Both the position numbers and the translations under genes were made by a program. This document shows positions 34,435 through 47,951 of a stretch of 64,000 nt of DNA, one piece after another. The notes under the pieces were generated by a model. The model saw only the letters and a program-made list of their open reading frames with translations. It had not been told where the DNA came from and ran no database searches. Source of the DNA: Gekko japonicus (lineage: Eukaryota); NCBI RefSeq assembly GCF_001447785.1, contig NW_015170904.1, forward strand, positions 330,939 through 394,938, given 5' to 3'. The first letter of the stretch is position 1; the number at the start of each line of letters is the position of its first letter.

Positions 34435-34525
34435 TTTGACTCATGAATGCTTATACCCTGGAAAATGCTGATGGTCTTTACAGTGCTACCGGACTTGAAT
34501 TCTGTTCTGCTGCTACAAACTAACC
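34435..34525 (+). mobile_element. Decayed Penelope-like pLTR
   Basis: tttgactcatgaatgcttatacc...ggtctttacagtgctaccggacttgaattctgttctgctgct. Confidence 0.6.
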
Positions 34526-35192
34526 CTTCCTAAATATCCTTTATCTGGCCAATTAAAATTATGATAGCACAGTCCTATGCATGCTTACTTGGTATTGAGT
34601 TCTGTTGACTTCCGTGGGTTTTACTTTAAAGTAAGCATTCATATAAGCCTTAATTCTCTGAGATTAAAATGGTTTCAGTCCAAATACTTCACTTTTATTT
34701 GGTTGCACATCACACTATAGTCTTATGTAAACTGTTTTGCTATGTCTTTCTATGAAAACAATCCAGAATTTAGTGTAAAAGCAGACTGTTTTTCTGATAT
34801 TTCATTGTACTTTCTGTTTCTTTTGTCCTACATGATGCAAAACTGAGGGGGGAGGAAGAAACTGAAGTTTTGACTGATGTATTACACCAAATTTAGAGGG
34901 TTAATGGGAGTATCTATACCACAGATACATCCTCTGTGGTTTCACACATTTTAGTGTGAATATATATTTATATATAAAACTGATAACCCAAACAAAGAAA
35001 GATTTCCCACCCTCTTATGGTATTTATTATTATGCAGAAATTGGTGCCTGTTAAAATTATCTATAGTCATGTATTGGGCAGGAGGTATCGATATATGTTT
35101 TGGTGGCAACAGAGTGGGCAATCAATCAGGAAGAAATAAGTTTGAAAGATTATTGACATAGCATGAACCAAACTACACAGTTGTATTATAGT

Positions 35193-35734
35193 GGTTGCGA
35201 TCACACGCAGAATTAGCCGTGCCATAGGCGCAAATGCCAGGCAGATTTTAAGGGCGTGATCAGATGCCAACATCTGCCAAGCGTCCTGCTCCCGTCAGCA
35301 ACCGGTTTTGCTCCGCTGCAGAAGCGGAGTAAAAAGACACTGGGAGAAGTCCAGTGGCAAACGGGTTTGCTACGGGCCAGGAACGGACTTTCTCCTGTGT
35401 GATCGTGCCAGCACACTCTCATGGCATCGGAATGGTCTGATCGGGCCATCCTGCCGTTATTTCCCCCCCTGTTTCAGTATGCACATTATCGCACACTGCA
35501 TAGGTAGCACTCGGTGCAGAGATGCGAATCATCGATCCCTCGTTGAAGCGCACGGGAAATATGCAGCAGGGCCCCCCCCGACTGACCTGCAGTTGTGTCT
35601 GATCACGCAGTGGCAGGTTGCCCCCACAGCTCCCAGGGTCAGTGTGATCATGCAAATGCGGGTCAAATTCCTGCGGAGCAAATAGCCTTGCTTCCCCCCC
35701 CCCCCCGCATTATCTCACGCGTGTGAACGCTGCC
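35193..35734. mobile_element. PIF/Harbinger MITE (542 bp)
   Basis: TIR ggttgcgatcacacgc / gcgtgtgaacgctgcc; flanks agt/aga. Confidence 0.78.
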
Positions 35735-35836
35735 AGAATTTGTTTTCCTGTTTGCTTTTCAAAAGTATTGCAGATCTTTGCTTTGGGCAGCCTGGAATGT
35801 GTGCTTTGAATGCTCCTTAGAGAATGCACCCCTGAG

Positions 35837-36042
35837 CAGTGTTCCCTCTAAGCTGAGTTAGTGTGAGCTAGCTCACCGTTTTTTAGCCTCCAGCTCACAC
35901 ATTTTTGCCTTCGCTCAGGAAGGATGGCTCCAGAGCAAAGTAATTTATACAGTAGCCAAATTGCTTGCTCGTCACTTTAATGTCAGTAGCTCACAAAGTC
36001 GAATTTTTGCTCACAAGACTCCACAGCTTAGAGGGAACATTG
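35837..36042. mobile_element. hAT MITE (206 bp)
   Basis: 19-bp TIR CARTGTTCCCTCTAAGCTG; perfect TSD CCCCTGAG. Confidence 0.93.
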
Positions 36043-38306
36043 CCCCTGAGCATCTAGTGTTCAGACAAAATTCTTTCCTAACACTCAGTATAACTTTTAA
36101 TAAAACTTGCAATGTCCAATCTATCCCCCCCCCCCCTGAGACTAATTTCTGAGAGTGACATGGTTGCCAGGTTCTGCAGGTTCGTTGCTGGCTTTCTTTT
36201 TTATTCAACAATTGGAAATTTTATGCTGGTATTTATAGAAAAACCTCACATCATATTCATTCATTTCTCTCTTCCCATTTTGTACTTTGTGTGCCTCTAT
36301 GTGTTTTCATAAACTATTTCCCCATCAGTTAGTGCATGTCTTTGAGAATGTGGTATACCCATTTCATGTTATTCAAACTACCTACTTGCACAATTTTGAT
36401 GAAGTATAAAAAGGTTGTACAAGGTGATGGCTCCGTAACGGTATATTTATGTGACACTTACTGGGGTGGCTTATCACTTGACCTACTAACATTTACATAT
36501 TGCTATTATTTTTCTTTGAAAGCATATTATGCTTCATTTCCCAGAAAAGATGAGTGATAGTGAAAGGTTGGTATGTATGATTTACTACATATTGCTTTGA
36601 TTTACCTCATCTACCAATCCTGGTACAGCACAGATAAATATATTTATTGCTATTAATCATTTATGCAGAGATTATTAGTATTCACATATGTGATACAAGA
36701 CATTTAATATTGTTTAATAATCTTACAAACAACATGGGTAACTATTGTTCCCATTTTCCAGTCTGGGAAGTGATAACTGAAAGATGTAAAGGACATTTCC
36801 TGTACAGAATACTGCCTAGGAAGTCATGGCAGCTGGAGCCATAATCCAGAAAGCTTTTTGATATATGACCAAGAATTTATACACATCTATTGGGCCTCAA
36901 GATTTCAACCCCCCCCCCCCCACACACACACACAAATCACAGCTGAATGTCCCTCAGGTGTCAGAAGTAGCTTTCCATGTGGTGGTGGTGGTTGGGGAAG
37001 CAAATACATTCAGGTATGCAGAAATAGTCAAGTGGTTCTCTAGATTATAGCAGTGGTATATAAATTCAGATGTCTTATATCCAACTTCATTCAGCTCTCT
37101 AGGGACTGGATGATATTTTCTTCTTTTCATACACAACGATTCTCGGTTTCAACCAGCTTTATGAGAGAATGAGAGCATTATCTTTCACCTTACAGAGAGT
37201 ATCCAAATTTAGTGTTTGTGGTCTGTGAATTTCCTTGTCAGGCTAACACCATGTAGCCACCATACCTATTTATTCAGATACTATTTGAATATTGGGGTGT
37301 CTCCTGGGCATGTGTTGTAATGGTTAATTATAATTCATCCTTCATTTCTTCTTCATAAGAAATGGTGAAGAGCATTATTTTTTGAGACTGATTTCTTGTG
37401 TGGCTTCCTTGCCCAAGAAATGTTAGTTTGTATCTGTGTATGCTGGGAGATGAATTAGTCTTCTGCCAGAAGCAGACGTTCCAATTTCGGGCCTGGTTCC
37501 ACTGGCAAAGTCCCCACACTAGTTTTATGCCAGCTTATGAATGATGGGATCGGGCCTTTATTTGGAGCTGAGAGTACTTGATGTGGAAACAGGAAATGCA
37601 CATTTCTAACCTTCTAGAAATGTGTGTGACTATTTTCAGTCACAAATCCAAAGTGTCTCCATCTTCTAAACAATGATGCCATTGTGCCCATCATATCTGA
37701 TCAGTTCTGAAAATGTTTCAGTAAGTCTATCTTAATACATTATAAGAAGATAATCAGCTGCCTTAGAAGGTCCCCATCTGGAGTATAGAGTTCTTTTACT
37801 GAAAGATGTTTTGCCTTTCTGAGATAGCTCTCGCATTTCATCATCTGTTGTGCAGAGATGAAGTGCATATGAAAAGTCAGTGACTCTGAATCCATCTGTT
37901 GTTATTATTTTCCACTGATAATTGGCTCGAACAATGAAATGTCTGTGTCTGTAGCCTTTGAAACCATACACCCTGTTTATTTTCTGGAGGTCTCACTACC
38001 CTCCTCCACCCCACCCCCCTTTCTGCTTCATTTTTCTCTCAAGTTATAGCTAGTGGAGCTTGCATGAAGATGACATCTTTGACTCGGTGCATCAGGACGT
38101 GTCACTCAGGCATTTGAATCTTGACTACAGATTTTTTTTTTTTTTTGCCAGAGTCCTATGTCTGTTCTGTTTGTGCCAATAGAGAACAGGCTTAAAGCAA
38201 GAGAGATGGGCAGATCCAGAATGCAATGATATTCTACCTGAGCCATAGTATTTATTTCAGGTTCCTTATTAAAATATTAATTTAGAATCCAGCATCTATT
38301 AGCTAT

Positions 38307-38446
38307 NNNNNNNNNNNNNNNNNNNNNNNNNNNNNNNNNNNNNNNNNNNNNNNNNNNNNNNNNNNNNNNNNNNNNNNNNNNNNNNNNNNNNNNNNNNNNN
38401 NNNNNNNNNNNNNNNNNNNNNNNNNNNNNNNNNNNNNNNNNNNNNN
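38307..38446. other. Assembly gap
   Basis: N run. Confidence 1.
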
Positions 38447-39015
38447 CATAACTACCAGCCAGAACTGCCAAAACAGTCATTAGAACCTCCATAGGGATGG
38501 ACAAAGGCTTTTACACAGTGATATACTGATTACATTTTGTTCTATGGTTTATTTGCATCAAGGTTAGATCACTGTTATCTATGTGCAGTGTATTATCCAA
38601 CACCTCATTTTAAAGGTCATTTCATCTCAAAAATAGTGTACGCAGAGGTCTTGAACATTTTTTTAAAAAATCTCTTTATAAGAAATTTTTAAAAAGATCC
38701 TGGTAAGCCTTATTTCCCCATCAGGGTGGGAAATACATTTTTACTTCTTTGGTGCTATCATGATGGTTTTAGGTGCTGATGTCATTTATGTGTTAAAGGA
38801 GAATTGAAAGATTACCATACCATATTCCAGACTTTTGCTGTGCGTTTCAGTATGCTGCCTTTCACTTCTAGTTTAACTAAGAGCATTTCTAAAATTTATT
38901 CCAGAATGCAGTTTACTGGTGCTGTTTCTTCAACTGTTTTTTCTCCTTCCTCACCTCTATGTTACGATGTGCATGTGTGCATTGGGGAAAAAACATACCC
39001 AGCAAAAAACCCAAT

Positions 39016-39200
39016 CTCAGTGGAAGAGCATCTGCTTGGCATGCAGAAGGTCCCAAATCCAATCCCTGGCATCTTCTGTTAAAAGGATCACGTAGTAGGT
39101 GATGTGAAAGACCTCAGACTGAGGTCCTGGAGAGCTGCAATACTGACCTTGATGGACACATGATCTGGTTCAGTATAGGGCTCCATTATGTGTTTATGTG
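39016..39200 (+). mobile_element. tRNA(Ala)-derived SINE (Squam2-like)
   Basis: Matches 1505-1710. Confidence 0.75.
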
Positions 39201-39214
39201 TATGTTTGTGCACT

Positions 39215-39335
39215 CTCAGCTTTACCTGCCTCATAGGGTTGTTATTGTGTGGATAAAATACAAGAGAGAAGAACGATACAAGCCACTTGGGTCCCTACTG
39301 GGGAGAAACATGGGGTATAAATGAAGTAAATAAAG
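39215..39335 (+). mobile_element. Squam3-like SINE 3' half
   Basis: acctgcctcatagggttgtt...ggggtataaatgaagtaaataaa. Confidence 0.65.
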
Positions 39336-42300
39336 ATAGGTAGTGAAGTAAGTTTTGCAAGATTACGTGCGCTTGAAATTCTCTAATATCTGGGATCTAA
39401 TCCCTCCCTACATGTGCAAGCAGAAAGAGAGTGGGACAATTCTGATGTTAGCCTGCCATGCCTCTTGGGGGCCACTTTGCAGGGTCCCTGACTTTGGAAG
39501 GTTTGAGGGCCTGTTGTCGGGATGGGGCGGCTTAAACATTTCAGTAGTTTGGGGTTCACTCACTAAAGCATTTGTTCTACTTGTTCAAAAAGGGAGAGGA
39601 AGATAACCCAGCAATAGCATTTGGTGGATTGTAAATATATGATAAACACTTAAACATAAATATGGCCATATATATGCTAACTTATTAGAAGTGTTTACGG
39701 TGAAATCCATGCAGAGTAGTATGATAACTGCTATATTAATTCTGATATTTTTGAGCCATGGAAATACACCAGATGAATCAAGAACAATAATTTAATAAAG
39801 TACATTTTAAAACAACAACAACAATAACAACAGAAGTAAAATTAAATGCTGTATTACAAAAGAATAAATCCTGGGTTTGACATCTAAATATGTGAATTAA
39901 AAACACCTTGCCAAGGTATTGAGAATTTCAGGTACTGAAAACATTCCGTATAATCAGTGCCATGTTGTTGGGATGTGGGATGTGGCAAAGTATACGTGAA
40001 TGAAGAGTTGAAAACAAAACTTGGACCTGAGATTCTATTTGCACAGTTGAAAGTATGAATGAATAGAAAACAGAATGGATATTCTCTATAATAAACATAG
40101 GGTGTTTTTTATACACACACATACAGAAAACTATTTGTATATATTTACTTCTCTGTGAAAGATACTGGGATATTTGAAAATAGTTTTCTAAAGATTAACA
40201 GTAGAATTTACCCCAAACCAGAATTATCCATTTAATCTTTAATTCACTGATGCTGTATTCTGATGTCTTTGAAAACAAATGACACCCCCCCATGGCGTTT
40301 GTGAACTTTGGAAACGTGCAATATACAGACCAGCCAAAGTTAAGCAGTTCCATAACCCCAGGATGACAGTAGAAGAACTAAATATGGACTTTAACCCTCT
40401 CCCATGAGAGAGAGCGAGAGAGAGCGAGAGAGAGAGTTTGGATCGGATCCTGCCCATACGCTCTATGAACAAAAGATACTGAGCCATATGAGGCTTTTTT
40501 TTAATTTCCAGTTTTCTTCCATTCCCTAATAGTATAGGATATTTAGAATTGCAGCTTTATTTTGAAATTAAAATGTATTTCATGCTATTCCAGAACATTT
40601 AAATACAGTTTTAAAAATAGCATACCTCTTGAGTAATAGAATTGACTTACTGATTGAAGTACTGCTTTTTTAATAATACTACAACACATTCTTGATTTTT
40701 TTTCTTGTCTGAGTGTAAGTTATAAGGTCCCCTTTTTAGAAAGGAACACTGCAGCCCTTAACACATTTACTTTTTTTTGAGGGGGGGGGTTGTATCTATA
40801 TCAGTGGAATTCACTTTTGAATAGTGTGCTTAGAGACTTAGTCAATGTATGTGATTCTGTAGAATTGGAGATTTAATTAAAGAAGGGAGAAAAAACTGTT
40901 TTACCACTGGTTCTTTTCAGTGCTCCTGTCTCTTTTGTCTTTCTTTCTCTCTCTCTCTGCCTTGAAAGGTGTGTGGGTGAGAAAATGTTTTCTTTTGTAA
41001 TGACAAATCTCAATTTAGTACTTAATAGTATTCATATTTATTAGTTGTTATTGCTGCTATTTATCTGCGAGGGCTGCATAGAGCTGTGTGATCTTTTTAG
41101 CCACCATCCCTATTAAACAGGCTGTGCAGCTCGTGAGAGATCAGGACAGGTAGAAAGCACAGCAGGCGTCTGATTTGAGCCAGTTACTCATTTGCGGGAG
41201 TGTTTGTGTTTATGCAAAGGGGCCTCTTCCTGAATATTTAATCTAGAGTAAGGCAGTGGCTTTTGTTGTGTTTAGACCACATACCTTCAGTCCTTCTTTA
41301 CACTGCTGCCAGTGTCGAGGGAGAGAGAAACTGGCTAGTTAGAAGTCTTCGTCTGGTCTTCTCAGAACTCTCAACTTTTTGTTCACTTTGGCTGGGGATT
41401 CTTGCCACAGCTCAAAGCTTTTCTTCCTCTTCATTAATGGGGTAAGTTTACACTACTTAAAGAACCCATATACCTTTTTCTCCTTTCTGGTACATTGTCA
41501 GAGTTATTTCTTATTCAGGTCCCCACACAGCAAGCTCAGTTGTTTTAGGGAGTTTGTTGTAGCCCTTTAGATTGTGAATGCAGGTGCTTCTGTGGTATCC
41601 CCTTTTTCTTGTGCAGGTAAATAATGAACCTTAACAGGCAGGTTCTTCTTTGGGAGTAGTGCTTAGAATGTGTTCAGCATTGTTATTCTTTGTACTAACA
41701 AATCCTGGTTTGTAATTGTGCTGGACTTGCTGGAGATAATGCTTTTATGTTTGTGGAATGCTTTCAACACACTTTTTTTGTTGAAGGCAAGAAGAAACTC
41801 TGGTTTCTGTTCTGTCCTCACCTAATGTTCTCACCAGAATGTCTGTGTTGTAAAAAGGAGGATTTTTTTTCCTATGGGGAAATCGAATCGTCTCTTCGTT
41901 GATATTAATAGCACACTAGAGATGTTAGCTATGATGAAGAGAGTACCAGGACCATAGAGTAGGAAACTTGATAACGCAGGGGAAGAGCAGGGTGGGGAGA
42001 GGTAGGGGAGATGACAGTTCTCTTGCTTTTCTCTGAGGAGCGGAGTTTGCATAATACCATCGTAGTTTTAACTATTTACTAAAGACATTTTAATCACTTG
42101 CTGTTACTTTTGATCTAGCTGTAATGATTGTTGTGTGTCTTATGTAGCCACTGCTACCAGCTCACTTTCTGATTGAATCTACTTTTTAAAAAACTGAAAA
42201 CCCATATCTGATACTATGGGTGCACACGCACACACACACACATTCACGCAAACACATACACTCTCTGTCTCACTGTCTCTCTCATACACACTCTACAAGA

Positions 42301-42789
42301 GGCACATGCTGGCTGTAAGAGAACGTCAGCTTCCTTCAGAGATTTGAATTATAGGGGGAATCATGTAAAATTCTAAGGGGAAAAAACAAAACAAAACAAA
42401 AGAACTAGCTTTCAGTGCTGAAGACTGTAATGTATTATAGGTTTATAGAAATTCTGAGCACCGAGGGCAGAAGTAGGAATTTAGGTTACCAATTAACTAT
42501 TTCCTTCATTTGAGTAACTCCACTCTAACAGAAGAGTGTGCTATTCCACCACATGTTGGCAAGTGTGAGCTTCTGAATAAAATTTCGCCAACCTTATTAA
42601 AATGTGTAGGGACTTTTTAGTCTTCTAGGGTGCAATCAACACACATATTCAGAAGCATTTTATTAACAATAAGATTGCATAAAGTTTTTTTTAATAGCAA
42701 CATTGCAAATAGCGTATCTAATTGTAAGTATATTACTTTTATAGTCTCTCTTTATGTGGAAAAAGCACCTCAGTCAAAGCACCTTGTGT

Positions 42790-42945
42790 NNNNNNNNNNN
42801 NNNNNNNNNNNNNNNNNNNNNNNNNNNNNNNNNNNNNNNNNNNNNNNNNNNNNNNNNNNNNNNNNNNNNNNNNNNNNNNNNNNNNNNNNNNNNNNNNNNN
42901 NNNNNNNNNNNNNNNNNNNNNNNNNNNNNNNNNNNNNNNNNNNNN
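42790..42945. other. Assembly gap
   Basis: N run. Confidence 1.
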
Positions 42946-44464
42946 TAACTCTTATTGCACGCTGTGGGAAATGCTAAAACAAAGCTTTTGTTAGAGCTTC
43001 AAAGGTACAACTGCAAATATTGTTTTTATCGGTTCAATATTTAAAGGTTGTTAAAAGATAGCTCCACAATATTTTCACATGACCATGGCCAAGGGTATCA
43101 CTTTATTGTAAAGGTAAGAGAATAGGTGGTTTTCTTCCATGAAAGGTGGTCAGGTTTCTGTGTTACTGTTAGACAGGAGGAACACTTTTACATGATGGAG
43201 TGAGAGAACTGGAAATCTATGCAGCATGTTTCTATCTGCCTCACAAAAGAGAGAGCGAGACTGTAAGTTCATAGGAATCTGAAAGCTGTTAGAAGGGAGG
43301 GTGGAGACATTTGCACAATGGGGCATTGGCAGGAAAGTAAAATTCACGTTGTGTCCAAATTTGAGAGAAAGCTAGAATTTGTACGTGAAAACAAATGCAT
43401 TAGATAAAGCAGTGGTGTATGAATTGCCGAAGGTATCATAATGTGCACCCAGACTCCAATTGGCATGTTCCCTAAAAGTGTTCTTTAGGTAATTTAAACC
43501 TAAATTTAAACATTTATTTTATATAGGAAGTAAAACACTTTTTATGCTTTAGTGACGGTTACATAGCTGTTGCTGAGAAAAAGGGAGGTGAAATATTTTA
43601 TATTCTTGCTATCAATTAAATTTTTAGATGATGATGATTCTAACAGTTGCAAAATTGTTAAATCTAGGGTTAATTGATGAATAGAGCACCACAAAGCCTG
43701 AACTACACAGGCATATTTGATCACTTGATATCTTTCGCATTCTGTCAGATGGCCTCTGTGCCATTCGATTGGATATTTGACAGGTTGATACTTTCTGGGA
43801 ATGTGTTGTAGCTTTACCTTTAAAAATCTAACCAGGGTGAGCTCCGTTGTGCTAACATTAATTCACAGGAGATAAATAACCATTCCATTAGGATAAGTTG
43901 AAATTGTAAACAAGGCATCTTTAGTGTGTCTGTTAAGTATAATACTTGCAACTGTTTTTAAAACAATTAAGTGATATATTATTGTTATTATAAAAGTACT
44001 ATTTCAGATTAAGACAGTAGGTGAAATTATTCTTTGTGTTTTTTTATTTTTATTTAGTTTAATTTTCATCTCCTACCTATTCTGTAATTTATAATAAATT
44101 TACGAAGTAAAAAAGCAGTATTAATTGATTGAAGTGGGAGGTAGATCGGCCCGTAAACAATGGAATGAGTTCTTCAGCTGTGTATAAAACATTAATGCTG
44201 TTCTATGATATCAGAGTTGTATGATGTAGTTTAATTTTCTCAGGCTGGTGAATCAAATGGACTTTCCTTGCACTTGCTTCAATTTGTAAAGGATGAGATT
44301 GCCACTATATTATATCCTTAATACTATGTGTATTTATAAAATGTTCATACTCATCCTCCCAAATGGTTCAGTGGGCACACTTTGCACTTGGGTTATTTTA
44401 AAATAGTTTAATCACTAATTTAACTTATGCATTATTTTAAAGCTGTGACCTGGATGGTCTGGTC

Positions 44465-44660
44465 TGGGTTATCCTGATCTCATTAGATCTCAGAAGCTAA
44501 GTAGGGTTGACCCTAGTTAGTACTTGGGTGGGTGACCACCAAGGAAGTCCAAGGTTGATACGCAGAGGCAGGCAATTGCAAATCACTTTCATTCGTCTCT
44601 TGACTTGAAAACCCTACAGGATTGCCATAAATCATATGGGACTTCTTTTCTTGACAGCAC
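44465..44660 (+). mobile_element. 5S-Sauria-type SINE
   Basis: cctgatctcattagatctcagaagctaag...ttagtacttgggtgggtgacc, followed by the same tail as 28986. Confidence 0.8.
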
Positions 44661-44686
44661 TCCCCCCACACCATCATTATTTTGTG

Positions 44687-44801
44687 GACTGTGGTCACAC
44701 ACACGAAATAATCCACTTTCAATCCACTTTCAGTGCACTTTCCAAAATCCAGTTGGAAAGTGGATTGAAAGTGGATTATTTAGTGTGTGTGACCCGCAGC
44801 C
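44687..44801. mobile_element. Fold-back Harbinger-type mini-MITE (115 bp)
   Basis: About 40-bp near-perfect arms ggtcacacacacgaaataatccactttcaatccactttc; ends resemble the other Harbinger TIRs. Confidence 0.7.
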
Positions 44802-44870
44802 AAACTTTACTTCACACATGTCTTATGGGAAGTTGGTCTATTAAAGCTACTCTTGTAAAACAGAGAATTT

Positions 44871-46007
44871 TTTTTTTAAATAAAGGTTTTATTAGCTCCC
44901 CTAAAAAGGGGAGGTATTTCGCTTATAAGAAAAAAAGGGAAGGGTAGACAGTGGGAGAGAGAGAAAGCTGAGTGATATATAAACTGGTAAATTAAACTGT
45001 TAGTAATGTCCAATTAATCTTCTTGGGCTTCTTCTGTGTGTTGTCAAACTTCTTTTCTTAGTNNNNNNNNNNNNNNNNNNNNNNNNNNNNNNNNNNNNNN
45101 NNNNNNNNNNNNNNNNNNNNNNNNNNNNNNNNNNNNNNNNNNNNNNNNNNNNNNNNNNNNNNNNNNNNNNNNNNNNNNNNNNNNNNNNNNNNNNNNNNNN
45201 NNNNNNNNNNNNNNNNNNNNNNNNNNNNNNNNNNNNNNNNNNNNNNNNNNNNNNNNNNNNNNNNNNNNNNNNNNNNNNNNNNNNNNNNNNNNNNNNNNNN
45301 NNNNNNNNNNNNNNNNNNNNNNNNNNNNNNNNNNNNNNNNNNNNNNNNNNNNNNNNNNNNNNNNNNNNNNNNNNNNNNNNNNNNNNNNNNNNNNNNNNNN
45401 NNNNNNNNNNNNNNNNNNNNNNNNNNNNNNNNNNNNNNNNNNNNNNNNNNNNNNNNNNNNNNNNNNNNNNNNNNNNNNNNNNNNNNNNNNNNNNNNNNNN
45501 NNNNNNNNNNNNNNNNNNNNNNNNNNNNNNNNNNNNNNNNNNNNNNNNNNNNNNNNNNNNNNNNNNNNNNNNNNNNNNNNNNNNNNNNNNNNNNNNNNNN
45601 NNNNNNNNNNNNNNNNNNNNNNNNNNNNNNNNNNNNNAGTTCTTTTTCTCTGCATTTTGACAACTCACAGTTAAGCCGATCTTTTCTTTTTCTTTTCCAT
45701 TTTTGCGGATGGTCGCTTTATCACTCGGTGACGTCTGGTGGCTCCGCTAAACCCCGTTCGGGGTCGCTCACGCAGCAAGGTCCATTGGGGCAGGGCATGG
45801 CGGGAGCCTCGCTCTCCGACCTCTCGGCCGAAAGAGCGACTCCCCCCTAGTGCGCCCTAAAGCGCCCCGGATCCGAGCTCCTCTCTTCTGAGGGGCTCGT
45901 TCGGGTCTCCGCTCGCGCGGATTCCCTCCTCCACCGCGGGCGGGCGAGACGCCCTCGGGAGCGACCCGAGGAAGCGTCCGCCATTCGCGGGAGCCAGACT
46001 GGAAGCC
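44871..46007 (-). mobile_element. L1-like non-LTR element with both ends (CpG-rich 5' UTR, AATAAA plus poly-A); middle lies in a gap
   Basis: Perfect 16-bp TSD GTAAAACAGAGAATTT (44855-44870 / 46008-46023); minus strand starts GGCTTCC...AATGGCG; ends AATAAAACCTTTATTT(A)n. Confidence 0.85.
45063..45637. other. Assembly gap
   Basis: N run (575). Confidence 1.
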
Positions 46008-46124
46008 GTAAAACAGAGAATTTGACCACATTCCCTCTGATAAAGATAAAGGAAACTAGTCCTGAATCTGTGGCACCAGGGTAACCTGCCAGGTGTCTTT
46101 GGCAAAGCTCACAGGCATGTGTAA

Positions 46125-46403
46125 AGAAGAAGAAGAAGAAGAGATTGGATTTATACCCCACCCTTCACTACCCAAAGGTGTCTCAGAGCGGCTTACAAAC
46201 TCCTTTCTCTCCCCCTCCCCACAACAGACAGCCTTTGAGGTAGGTGGGGCTGAGAGAGCTCTTGACAGAAACTGATTTTTTTCAAGAACAGCTCTTATCA
46301 GAACTATGGCTTGCCCATGGTCATCCAGCCAGGTGCAAGTGGAGGAGTGGGGAATCAAACCCGGTTCTCCCAGATTAGAGTCCGTGCACTTAACCACTAC
46401 ACC
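46125..46403 (-). mobile_element. Squam3B-like SINE
   Basis: Reverse complement of the 32621 family; (GAA)n tail. Confidence 0.88.
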
Positions 46404-47951
46404 AGAATGGGGGGTCTTGTTACCTATCTGGCTGATAGCTAATGGTAACAGACCACCAATTTGCCGATCCTCTATGAATTCCTGATACATAAGTATTATA
46501 TGAAATCAACAGTAGGAACACAAAATATGGATAAATAAAATTTAGTAACCTTGGTTACAGTTTTTAAAAATCTTGTCATATTTTTATTCTAGCTAGGGAC
46601 AGTATCCAAGGGACTCACCCAAGGACACTCAGTGAACTACATAGCATAGTAGAAGCTTGAACCTTTGGTCTTAATCTTACAATCTAACCACTATACTACA
46701 GGGGCTTTGAAAAATGTGTAGATTGCGTCAGTCTTTGCTTGTCCTTTTTATGCATTTGTCGGAGGAAACAATTTCTGAAGAAAATAAACAATGCAGGCAT
46801 TTGTTATCCTGGACAAAAAACTTTACCTAATAATTTTTGGGGTAAATATGAATGTTGACTAATGTTGATTGCGAAGGAACTAACTTCAGTGTCTCTTACA
46901 GAGCTATGCCTCATACTTTAAAAACCATTGCCATAATACTTAGGAGTAAAACAACAACTTAGGTTTTCATTGGACTTTGTACTCCCTGGGAAACTATCTC
47001 AATACTGCAAGACCTGAGAGTTCTTACATGAGCGTTTTCACCCATCCCCCACCAGCACTCTCTCTCCATAGGAACTGCATACTATAGTGTGCATGTCAAA
47101 AGTAATATATGTCATGAAAACATGTGAATGTTTTATGGCTTTATCATTCTGCAATAAGGGACAAATATTTTAAAATATTGGTGTGAAATGGAAACTGCAA
47201 AAATAACCAGGACGAACCTCTTCCTCACATTAATCTTGGCCTGGTGCTAAAATTGAGGTCAGATGTCATCACAGATATTGTAAAAAATAGTCTCATTTTG
47301 CACTGATAAATAATTTCTTTCTGATGAGATTTTAATTTTTCTTCAAGAGTAAACTTGTTTAGGCTTGCGCACACAGCAAAGGAGCTCTGTCAGTGGGTTT
47401 CCTTTAACTTGTCTCAGTTAATTGTTATAAAACAGTGTAGGAAAAATTACCCATTCAAGTCTTTTCATTATTTTAGTGGGCGTACTATCTGCATCTCCCT
47501 GTAGCTTGTCTAAAGTAGATTTTAAGCACTCTGGCCAAGAACCATGTCACATCTATCTTCCATACAGTGCATAAGCATACTATTATTGGCACCAAATAAA
47601 TCCTAAAGAGTAGTTTAAGTAGACAAAACTGTGGTATTCTTAATTACACCAACTTTTGTTGCCATATGTCTTTGATCCATTTGTGTGTTTAATTTATTTC
47701 CCTTTGAGAATCACCACAGAGATTCCTTTCAGGCATCATGCCAAATTATGGCATGGGCTACCCATAGCTTGGAACGTAAGCCATTGTTTGACTTTCCATA
47801 TATACAGGAAAAGAAAAACAGCTACTTTTATGCTTTCATCACCTGTTCTCTCAGCATTCCAATTCTGTGACTTCCAAAACTAAAGCAAAGGATACAAACT
47901 GTGGTTTGTCAATTCAAATATTTCACCAAACCAAAGCTGGCAAATCATGGA

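Noticed and set aside
41930-42036. C/D-box snoRNA (ATGATGA...CTGA)
   Set aside because: No terminal stem or recognisable rRNA/snRNA guide.
45000-45674. Long ORFs made of X (also 38277, 42630, 53826)
   Set aside because: Artefacts of N gaps; only the flanks at 45 kb were used as evidence.
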